Below the pieces are notes generated by a model. It saw nothing but the letters and a program-made list of their open reading frames with translations. It did no database searches and had not been told where the DNA came from. The translations under genes were made by a program, and so were the position numbers. 15,999 nucleotides of DNA from Candidatus Methylomirabilis sp. (GTDB taxonomy: Bacteria > Methylomirabilota > Methylomirabilia > Methylomirabilales > Methylomirabilaceae): contig JBGQJI010000051.1 of NCBI GenBank assembly GCA_041498975.1, forward strand, positions 1 to 15,999, in the 5' to 3' direction. This document shows positions 1 through 7,081 of the stretch, piece after piece (within the stretch, counting starts at the first letter, position 1; each line of letters opens with the position of its first letter).

Positions 1-1
1 C

Positions 2-217
2 AAGATGTGTGTATTGGCCTGCCCGTTTGGGGCCATCGAGCTGTTCCCGGACCACGGAAAGGCCGAGAAATGTGACCTCTGCCTCTCAATCGACGGCGAT
101 CCGGAGTGCGTGAAATTCTGCACGCCGGGCGCTCTGCTCTTCACCGATGAGGATCTGAGCGCGAAAGCAAAGACGGTGGCCACGGCCCTTCGATTGAAGG
201 AGATCTTCAGGCGGTAG
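2..217 (+). CDS. 4Fe-4S dicluster (DmsB/HydN/AorA-like) electron-transfer protein, C-terminal part (5' truncated by window edge)
   Basis: KMCVLACPFGAI and AEKCDLC...PECVKFCTPGAL are the third and fourth Cys clusters typical of four-cluster ferredoxin subunits; the frame is open from the window start. Confidence 0.85.
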   Translation, partial: KMCVLACPFGAIELFPDHGKAEKCDLCLSIDGDPECVKFCTPGALLFTDEDLSAKAKTVATALRLKEIFRR

Positions 218-305
218 GCCATAGCCTGCCGGGCTGGAGAGGAACGCCCCACAGAGGGGCCTCGATCCGAGGAGGAGTTCCCACACCCCCTTGACGCTGG
301 GCTTC

Positions 306-587
306 ATGGCTGAGGTGAGATTCCTGGGGGAACTCCGGAAGGCCGCTGGAGTCGCCACGTTCTGGATCGATGCCCACACGGTTGGAGAGCTGCTGGAGCA
401 GTTGGGGCGGGTCACGGGCCCCAGATTCCAGGAGTTCGTGTTTGAGGGGAGCAAGCTGCAGGAGGATGTCGAGGTGCTGGTCAACGGCCGGAATATCTTG
501 TTCCTGGATGGACTCGAGACGGGCTTGGCTCCCTTCGACCAAGTGACACTGTTTATCAACGGCGTCCGGCGATTCCCAGGCGGATAA
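306..587 (+). CDS. MoaD/ThiS-family ubiquitin-like (beta-grasp) sulfur carrier
   Basis: MAEVRFLGELRKAAG...TVGELLEQL...VLVNGRNI.FLDGLETGL...D.V pattern with C-terminal GG; start ATG306 (TTG291 possible). Confidence 0.85.
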   Translation: MAEVRFLGELRKAAGVATFWIDAHTVGELLEQLGRVTGPRFQEFVFEGSKLQEDVEVLVNGRNILFLDGLETGLAPFDQVTLFINGVRRFPGG

Positions 588-592
588 CCAGT

Positions 593-1855
593 ATGGGTAA
601 ACTTCATCACGTCATCATCGGGGCGAGCGCGGCCGGGCTGGAGGCCGTGGAAGCGATTCGCCGCGTGGACAAGGAGTGTCCGATCACGGTCGTCTCGAAG
701 GAGCCGATGCCGCTCTATTCGCGGGTCGGGCTGACCCACTTCATCTCCCGCGAGGTCGGCTACGACGGGATGCAGATGCGGGATGACAGCTATTTCGACC
801 AAATGAGGGCGCGAGGCTTAATGGGCGTGGCGGCCCTCTCCGTCGATCCCAAGGCACGGCGGGTGAAGCTGAGCAACGGCGAGAACCTCGCCTACGATAA
901 TCTGCTCGTCGCATCTGGTTCCCATGCCGTCACCCCTCCCATTCCAGGGACGGATCTCGAGGGCGTCTATCCGTGCATCACCAATATCGATGCCAAACGC
1001 ATCGATGACGCGATCCCCAACGTCAAAGAGGCGGCCGTCATCGGCGCCGGCCTGATCGGGATCCAGGCGGTTGACGCCCTCGCCCGCCGGGGCCTGAAGA
1101 CGGCCGTGATCGAAATGATGCCCCATATCATGCCCGCCATGGCCGATGCCGTGTCGGCGACGCTGGTGGAGGAAGAGCTTCGAGGGGCCGGCCTGACGGT
1201 GCGGTCCGGCGTCCGGGCGACAGAGCTTTTGGGAAAGAACGGCCACATCACCGGCGTCAAAATGGAGACCGGCGAGGTCATCCCGTGCCAGCTTCTCGTG
1301 ATGGCCGTCGGAGTCGCGCCCAACGTCGATTTTCTTGACGGGACCGGCGTGAAGATGAACCGCGGCCTCATCGTGGACGCCCATCAGCGGACGAGCCTCG
1401 AGGGGATCTATGCCGCAGGGGACGTCGCCGAGACCGTGGATATGCTCAGCGGGGAGCGGCTGATGAACGCCATCTGGCCTGAGGCGCTGAACCAGGGGCG
1501 GATCGCCGGGCTTAACATGGCGGGAGTTTCCACCGCCTATGAAGGGTCGATGGCGATGAATGTCACGGCGGTCCTGCACATCCCTGTAGCGTCGATCGGC
1601 CTCTGGAATATGAAGGATGGGCGCTACCAAATCCGCGAAGTCCGGGATGACCGTAGGCGTCTGTACCGGAAGCTGGTCTTCGATGGGGATCAGCTCGTGG
1701 GCGCGATGTTGCTGGGACGGTTCGAGGATTCCGGCATTCTCCACAACATGATCCGAACCGGGACCACCTTCGGCTTGAAACCGCAGCACCTCGCGCCGGC
1801 CACGGTACGCTGGGGGACCGTCCTTCGCACGATCGACAAGGCGGGCAAGCTGTGA
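593..1855 (+). CDS. FAD-dependent pyridine nucleotide-disulfide oxidoreductase (NirB N-terminal / AorC-like NADH-linked subunit)
   Basis: N-terminal FAD fold HVIIGASAAG, YDNLLVASGS, NAD-binding VIGAGLIG, IYAAGDVAE, C-terminal YRKLVFDGDQLVGAMLLG. Confidence 0.9.
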   Translation: MGKLHHVIIGASAAGLEAVEAIRRVDKECPITVVSKEPMPLYSRVGLTHFISREVGYDGMQMRDDSYFDQMRARGLMGVAALSVDPKARRVKLSNGENLAYDNLLVASGSHAVTPPIPGTDLEGVYPCITNIDAKRIDDAIPNVKEAAVIGAGLIGIQAVDALARRGLKTAVIEMMPHIMPAMADAVSATLVEEELRGAGLTVRSGVRATELLGKNGHITGVKMETGEVIPCQLLVMAVGVAPNVDFLDGTGVKMNRGLIVDAHQRTSLEGIYAAGDVAETVDMLSGERLMNAIWPEALNQGRIAGLNMAGVSTAYEGSMAMNVTAVLHIPVASIGLWNMKDGRYQIREVRDDRRRLYRKLVFDGDQLVGAMLLGRFEDSGILHNMIRTGTTFGLKPQHLAPATVRWGTVLRTIDKAGKL

Positions 1856-1868
1856 GAAGAGGTACGGT

Positions 1869-1904
1869 GAGATTGCCGCGCTCGTTTCAGTCGCTCGCAA
1901 TGAC
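1869..1904. repeat. Short palindromic REP/RPE-like intergenic element (half copy)
   Basis: GAGATTGCCGCGCTCGTTTCAGTCGCTCGCAATGAC; ATTGC/GCAAT stem; resembles the GATTGC...CTCGCAATGAC palindromic repeat family as I recall it. Confidence 0.5.
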
Positions 1905-1927
1905 AGCACAATGAAGACCTGGCTCAC

Positions 1928-2170
1928 ATGAAGATCGAGGTGCAGCTCTACGCCACACTGTTCCAGTACCTGCCGAAAGGAGCGCAGAATCGCAGAGCGA
2001 TGATGGAGTTCGGCGACGGCATCACGGTTGGCAAGGTCATGGATCAGCTTGGCATTCCGAAAGAACACCCGAACCTGGTGCTCGTCAACGGCATCCACGC
2101 CCAGGACGACGTCCCGCTCAAGGACGGAGATGTCCTTGCGGTATTCCCGCCCCTGGCCGGCGGCCGGTAG
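1928..2170 (+). CDS. MoaD/ThiS-family sulfur carrier protein, C-terminus PPLAGG-R
   Basis: MKIEVQLYATL...LVLVNG...LKDGDVLAVFPPLAGG; canonical MoaD-like pattern followed by one extra Arg. Confidence 0.9.
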   Translation: MKIEVQLYATLFQYLPKGAQNRRAMMEFGDGITVGKVMDQLGIPKEHPNLVLVNGIHAQDDVPLKDGDVLAVFPPLAGGR

Positions 2171-2294
2171 GGGTTCAGGCCTGCCAGGGATCTGCTGAGC
2201 GTGACCGCCCCCTTGACAGCCACCCTGATCCTTTCCGAACCGCGCGGCACCTTCCTTGCCTGAAAACACTCCATGCCGACGGAGGAGCGGAAGT

Positions 2295-2621
2295 ATGCAC
2301 TTCATCGATCCGAACGAGACCTTGAAGAAGCAGTTGGCGCCCGGCGTGACATTGAACCTCGCCTGGGGCGATACGCTCATGCTGTCAGTCGTAGAACTGG
2401 AGCCCGGGTCCATCGTGCCGATGCACAGCCACCCTCATGAGCAAGCCGGCATCGTTCTGGAGGGTGAATTCGACCTCACCATCGGCGGCGAGACCAGACG
2501 GGTGCGGAAAGGCGACATGTACATTATTCCCGGCGGTGTGGAACACGCCGTTGTCACCGGGAATGAAAAGGCCGTCGCCCTCGACATCTTCCATCCGATC
2601 CGTGAGGAGTACACGTCGTGA
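2295..2621 (+). CDS. Cupin domain protein
   Basis: Cupin motifs PMHSHPHEQAGIVLEG and GDMYIIPGGVEH; GGAGGAG RBS upstream of ATG2295. Confidence 0.9.
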   Translation: MHFIDPNETLKKQLAPGVTLNLAWGDTLMLSVVELEPGSIVPMHSHPHEQAGIVLEGEFDLTIGGETRRVRKGDMYIIPGGVEHAVVTGNEKAVALDIFHPIREEYTS

Positions 2622-2641
2622 ATCCCAACGCGCCATCCCAG

Positions 2642-2699
2642 CCTCCCCTCATCCATACCTTCTCCCCTAGAGGGGAGAAGGCGAGATTGAGGGGTGAGG
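2642..2699. repeat. Intergenic palindromic stem-loop (REP-like)
   Basis: Perfect 11-bp inverted repeat CCTTCTCCCCT-AG-AGGGGAGAAGG (2658-2681), enclosed by CCCCTCA/TGAGGGG arms. Confidence 0.65.
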
Positions 2700-2718
2700 A
2701 CTGGCCTGGGGGAGAAAA

Positions 2719-3531
2719 ATGGCGCGGCAACTGAAAGGTGCGGCTGTCCTGATCACGGGCGCCTCATCGGGAATCGGAAAGGCGGCGGCGCTCGCTTTTG
2801 CGAGGGAGCGGGCGAGGCTCCTGCTGGCCGCGAGGCGCCGGGACCGGTTGGAGGAGGTAGCCGCGGGGGTCCGCGACCTGGGTGCCGAGGTGGTGGTGGT
2901 CCAGACCGATGTGGCCGACAGGCGGGAGGTCCAGTCGGCTGTGACCAGCGCGGTGTCCGCATTCGGCCGGCTTGACATCCTGGTCAACAACGCGGGGATC
3001 GGCTACTTCGGCTTGCTGGAGGACACGCCGACCGAGGCAATCGAGGCGCTCTGGGCCGTCAACATGATGGGGACGATTTACGCAACGCAGGCGGTCATTC
3101 CGCTGATGCGGAAGCAGGGGGGCGGCCACATCATCAACATCGCCTCGGTGGCCGGCAAGCGCGGCGCCCCCGGCAACAGCATCTACTGCGCCACGAAGTT
3201 CGCCATGGTCGGGCTGTCGGAGGCGCTGCGGGTGGAGTTGCACGGAAGCGGCATCAAGGTGAGCCTGATCTGTCCCATCACCACCAGCACCGAGTTCTTC
3301 GAGGCCTCATCGGCCCGCTCGAAAAGATTCCACCCGCCGACGGGCCCGATGCAGACAGCGGAGAAGGTGGCCAGGGCTATCATCCGCTGTGCCCGGCGGC
3401 CCCGCCCGGAGGTGATCGTCTTTCCCCCGGCCAGAATCCTCGTCCTGATTAACGCCCTTTCGCCCCGCCTGGCCGACCGGATTTTCCTGGGATTGCGACG
3501 TAGGCTGTTCAGGGGATTGGACGATCATTAG
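2719..3531 (+). CDS. Short-chain dehydrogenase/reductase (classical SDR)
   Basis: TGASSGIG, LVNNAG, catalytic S...YCATK; GGGGAG RBS upstream. Confidence 0.95.
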   Translation: MARQLKGAAVLITGASSGIGKAAALAFARERARLLLAARRRDRLEEVAAGVRDLGAEVVVVQTDVADRREVQSAVTSAVSAFGRLDILVNNAGIGYFGLLEDTPTEAIEALWAVNMMGTIYATQAVIPLMRKQGGGHIINIASVAGKRGAPGNSIYCATKFAMVGLSEALRVELHGSGIKVSLICPITTSTEFFEASSARSKRFHPPTGPMQTAEKVARAIIRCARRPRPEVIVFPPARILVLINALSPRLADRIFLGLRRRLFRGLDDH

Positions 3532-3950
3532 ATGAGGGGGGATGCTTTCAGGTGTTCATGCGCCTTGACCAGGAGGTCGCGGGAGTTCTTGAAGGTCAGC
3601 CGTTCGAGCGCGGTGTCGTAGGGCAGCCAGTCGAACCCGATGTGCTCGGAGGAGAGGGCGACTTCGGAGTAAGTAGTTTCTGCGAGAAAGTAGATGACGA
3701 CCTTGAAGATCCCGATCCCTTTCTGCCGGAAAAAATAGCGAAGCGTCTCCTTATAACCGTCCAGGAATCGGACCTGGGGGATCCCGGTCTCCTCCTTCAG
3801 CTCTCGCCTGGCCGTCTCCTGGGCATCTTCACCGGCCTCGATATGCCCTTTTGGGAAGTCCCAGTGACCGGACTCGTAATGGAGGAGGAGAAAATGGGGC
3901 TGCGGCGCTCGCCGGAACAGGATCACCCCTGCCGAGATCTCGCGCGGCAT
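3528..3950 (-). CDS. Nudix hydrolase, probable asymmetric diadenosine tetraphosphate (Ap4A) hydrolase
   Basis: Complete Nudix box GHIEAGEDAQETARRELKEETGI; FLLLHY..GHWDFPKGH and LSSEH..FDW resemble NUDT2/archaeal-type Ap4A hydrolases; AAGGAG RBS. Confidence 0.85.
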   Translation of the reverse strand: MPREISAGVILFRRAPQPHFLLLHYESGHWDFPKGHIEAGEDAQETARRELKEETGIPQVRFLDGYKETLRYFFRQKGIGIFKVVIYFLAETTYSEVALSSEHIGFDWLPYDTALERLTFKNSRDLLVKAHEHLKASPLI

Positions 3951-4052
3951 GTTGCGTCAGCTCCTTTCTGTCACTTTCCCCTGTCCCTAGCACGCACGAA
4001 GCGCGCTGGACAGTTACACTTCTTGCTTCCCTCAGAACCTGGGTTCATGCTA

Positions 4053-4058
4053 TATAAT
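4053..4058 (+). promoter_or_regulatory. Perfect sigma70 -10 box immediately before the ATG (probable leaderless transcript)
   Basis: TATAAT at 4053-4058, five bases before ATG4064; no SD sequence and no convincing -35. Confidence 0.6.
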
Positions 4059-4063
4059 ATCAC

Positions 4064-4381
4064 ATGAGCAAACATCCGGCGTTTGATCGTCCCTTCACCG
4101 TTTACGGTATCAACTTGGTGGTCCGGGTCCTCCGGGAACCGCCGGATACCCTGACGCTGCACTGCCCGCGCGGCGCCTCCATCAGATACGGCAGTGTGGT
4201 GGCGAGCGGTGACGGTTTTGATGAGGGGTCCAACTCCTTCCGAGAAATGCCCCCGCTGGAAGCGATCGTCGCCTTCGAGGAGGCGTCCGAGGGGGTGGAA
4301 GGGCATTACTTCTACCGGGACAACGAGGAGTATCGGGTCCTCTCCCTGGATTCGATCATCATCGCCTTTCCGCAGCCGTAG
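4064..4381 (+). CDS. Divergent GroES/Cpn10-like protein (orphan co-chaperonin fold)
   Basis: Aligns by eye to E. coli GroES: GSVVASGDG~GEVLAVGNG, IVAFEE~IVIFND, DNEEYRVLSLDSII~DNEEVLIMSESDIL; 105 aa. Confidence 0.7.
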   Translation: MSKHPAFDRPFTVYGINLVVRVLREPPDTLTLHCPRGASIRYGSVVASGDGFDEGSNSFREMPPLEAIVAFEEASEGVEGHYFYRDNEEYRVLSLDSIIIAFPQP

Positions 4382-4438
4382 CCATCCCTACCCCGTTCTC
4401 ACCTCGCCTCTGGGCCTGCCGAGGGCCGTCCAGGTTTC

Positions 4439-4467
4439 TTGACTTCCGCCTGTATCGGGTCTAGCAT
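4439..4467 (+). promoter_or_regulatory. Putative sigma70 promoter for the kimA-GNAT operon
   Basis: TTGACT-N17-TAGCAT. Confidence 0.6.
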
Positions 4468-4540
4468 ACCACCGTCTTCCCGGGTCGTATGATGCCGAGT
4501 CCACATTTTCCTCTCCTTGGCGAGAACGAGGAGGAGGGGC

Positions 4541-6364
4541 GTGCCACTCTCGACGCTGAAGCGGAAACTTATCGGGACGCCTCTGAGGACCGCTGAGGCC
4601 TTCCACGAACGTCTCTCGAAGTTCGCCGCCCTCGCCGTTTTCTCCTCCGACGCCCTCTCGTCGGTCGCCTACGCGACTGAAGAGATCCTGCTGGTCCTCA
4701 TTGTGGCCGGCTCACTAGGGCTGCCCTGGTCCTTGCCCATCTCCGCAGCCATCGCCCTCCTCCTCCTGATCGTGACCACCTCCTACCGTCAGACGATCCA
4801 TGCCTATCCCTCCGGAGGCGGAGCCTACATCGTGGCGAAGGACAACCTCGGCGTGTATCCGGGCCTCATCGCAGCGGCCGCCCTTCTGATCGATTACGTC
4901 CTGACGGTGTCGGTCAGCGTGGCCGCCGGGGTGGCCGCGATCACATCAGCGCTGCCGATCCTCTACCCGCGCCGGGTCTATTTGGGCATTCTCTCCATCG
5001 GCCTGATCACGCTGGCCAATCTGCGGGGGGTCAAGGAATCCGGCCGGATCTTCGCCATTCCCACCTACCTCTTCATTTTCAGCTTTGCCGCGATGATCGG
5101 GGTCGGGCTCGCCCAGCATTTTTACTCCGGCGAAAACGCGGTGTCCGTCCTCACCTTCACCCAGCCCGCGCAGGAACTGACCCTCTTCCTCCTTCTCAGG
5201 GCCTTCGCCTCGGGCTGCACCGCTCTTACCGGTGTGGAGGCGATTTCGAACGGCATCCAGGCGTTCAAGTACCCGGAGTCGAGGAATGCCAGCATGACCC
5301 TCATGTGGATGGCGGGCATCTTGCTCACCCTCTTTTTGGGCATTACCGTCCTCTCTCACCTGCACCACGTCGTCCCGCGGCATGGCGAAACCCTCATCTC
5401 CCAGCTCTCTCGCGACATCTTCGGGAGCGGGATCTTCTACTATCTGATCCAGGCGGCGACCGCCATGATCCTGATCCTCGCCGCCAACACCAGCTTCGCC
5501 GACTTCCCCCGTCTGTCTTCGATCCTGGCGCGCGACCGGTTCCTGCCCCATCAACTGGCAAGCCAGGGAGATCGCCTCGTTTACTCGAACGGGATCATCA
5601 TCCTGGGGGTCGTTGCCTCTTCTCTGATCTGGCTGTTCAGTGGCGAAACGCACGCCCTGATCCCGCTCTACGCCGTTGGAGTCTTCCTCTCCTTCACACT
5701 GTCTCAGGCCGGGATGGTGCGGCACTGGCTGGCGCTGCGCACCTCCGGATGGCGACGGTCTGTCACCATCAACGGGCTGGGCGCGGTCTCGACCGCCGTC
5801 GTTCTGGCGGTGATCGCGGCGACGAAGTTCATCCATGGCGCCTGGATCGTCATCGCGCTGATCCCTCTGATGACCATGGGCTTCCGCAGGATCCACGAAC
5901 ATTATACCCTGATGGCAAAGCAGCTCTCGCTGCAGGGCTTCGAGCCGAGGAAGTTCCGGGAACAGATCGCGCTGGTTCCGGTCTCCGGGATTCATCGGGG
6001 GGTCGTCACCGCGCTGCAATACGCCAAGACCCTCTCGCCTCACGTGGAAGCGGTCTACGTGGATCTCGACGTCGAAGCGACAGAGACGCTTCGACGGCAT
6101 TGGGATACCTGGTCCGGCGGGACCGGTCTCGTGATCCTCGATTCGCCCTACCGCTCGGTCCTCGGGCCGTTGCTGGAGTACATCGAGGGGTTGGAAAGGG
6201 GGCACCCGGACGCTCTGATCACCGTCGTCCTGCCTTCGGTCGTTCCCGCCCGATGGTGGCACAATCTGCTCCACAACCAGACCGCCTGGTTCATCAAGGG
6301 CGCGCTTCTCTTCAAGAAGCATGTGATCGTGGTTACCGACGTCCCGCATTATCTGACGCAATAG
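4541..6364 (+). CDS. kimA: APC-superfamily KimA/YdaO-type potassium transporter
   Basis: LKRKLIGTPL, SSDALSSVAY, LLIDYVLTV, ALTGVEAISNG, NTSFADFPRL, many TM helices and a soluble C-terminal domain (SPYRS, LLHNQTA); GAGGAGG RBS before GTG4541. Confidence 0.85.
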   Translation: MPLSTLKRKLIGTPLRTAEAFHERLSKFAALAVFSSDALSSVAYATEEILLVLIVAGSLGLPWSLPISAAIALLLLIVTTSYRQTIHAYPSGGGAYIVAKDNLGVYPGLIAAAALLIDYVLTVSVSVAAGVAAITSALPILYPRRVYLGILSIGLITLANLRGVKESGRIFAIPTYLFIFSFAAMIGVGLAQHFYSGENAVSVLTFTQPAQELTLFLLLRAFASGCTALTGVEAISNGIQAFKYPESRNASMTLMWMAGILLTLFLGITVLSHLHHVVPRHGETLISQLSRDIFGSGIFYYLIQAATAMILILAANTSFADFPRLSSILARDRFLPHQLASQGDRLVYSNGIIILGVVASSLIWLFSGETHALIPLYAVGVFLSFTLSQAGMVRHWLALRTSGWRRSVTINGLGAVSTAVVLAVIAATKFIHGAWIVIALIPLMTMGFRRIHEHYTLMAKQLSLQGFEPRKFREQIALVPVSGIHRGVVTALQYAKTLSPHVEAVYVDLDVEATETLRRHWDTWSGGTGLVILDSPYRSVLGPLLEYIEGLERGHPDALITVVLPSVVPARWWHNLLHNQTAWFIKGALLFKKHVIVVTDVPHYLTQ

Positions 6365-6373
6365 GAGGAGGAC

Positions 6374-6958
6374 ATGAATGCCCCTTCAGCCTCACGCTAT
6401 CCTAAGACGATCAAACTCAAGGACGGGAGCGAGGTACTCGTCCGGTTCATGGATCAGGGCGACCAGGAACGCCTTCTGGACCTGTTCAAGCGTGTTCCGG
6501 AGGCGGAGCGGGTGTTCTTGCGCGAGGAGATGGCCAGGCCTGAGGCGGTTGAGGCCAGGATGCGGGCCCTAGAGCGCGGTCGGTTCACCGCCCTCGTGGC
6601 AGAGGCCGGAACGAGGGTCGTCGGCGAGGCAGTCCTTCAGCGTCGCCCGACCCATTGGCTCCATCATGTCGCTGAAGTGCACGTGGTCGTCGATTCGGCC
6701 TATCGGCGGGTGGGGCTGGCGCACAACCTGCTATACGAGCTCTTAGATCTGGCGAGAGACCAGGGGATCGAGACCCTCCTGGCGGAGATGATGTCCGAAC
6801 AGGTCGCGGCCATCAGCCTCTTCGAGCGGCTCGGCTTCAAGCGGGAGGCGGTCTTCCGGGAGCTCGTCAAAGACCTTCACGGCAAGCGGCACGACCTAGT
6901 GATCATGACCCGCGATCTGACCGTGAAAGGGAAGCGTTCGTCGGGCTGGTTCTGGTAG
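6374..6958 (+). CDS. GNAT-family N-acetyltransferase
   Basis: Acetyl-CoA motif VVVDSAYRRVGLA and C-terminal AISLFERLGF; GGAGGAGG RBS overlapping the upstream TAG. Confidence 0.9.
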   Translation: MNAPSASRYPKTIKLKDGSEVLVRFMDQGDQERLLDLFKRVPEAERVFLREEMARPEAVEARMRALERGRFTALVAEAGTRVVGEAVLQRRPTHWLHHVAEVHVVVDSAYRRVGLAHNLLYELLDLARDQGIETLLAEMMSEQVAAISLFERLGFKREAVFRELVKDLHGKRHDLVIMTRDLTVKGKRSSGWFW

Positions 6959-7081
6959 GTAACCCGCGCTGTCAGTGCCGTTCCGACTTGTTGCGGCGAA
7001 TGGTAGACATGGATGCCGCCAGGCAAATCTTCAAATAATTCCCGATCCCTCAGTGTTCCGGCGTAAAGAGTTGGAGCGGCA

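Noticed and set aside
2213..2218. Perfect TTGACA upstream of the cupin gene
   Set aside because: No acceptable -10 box at 16-18 bp spacing.
818..2413. Long antisense and alternate-frame ORFs (e.g. 818-2413, 4946-6361, 5305-6405, 12121-13314, 14382-15089)
   Set aside because: They shadow well-supported genes in GC-rich DNA and have no recognisable motifs.
4382..4540. c-di-AMP (ydaO) riboswitch upstream of kimA
   Set aside because: The conserved riboswitch motifs are not visible and the predicted leader is too short.
6959..7081. Bidirectional terminator between the convergent GNAT and rbsK genes
   Set aside because: Only a weak GCGGC/GCCGC stem with a long loop and no U-tract.
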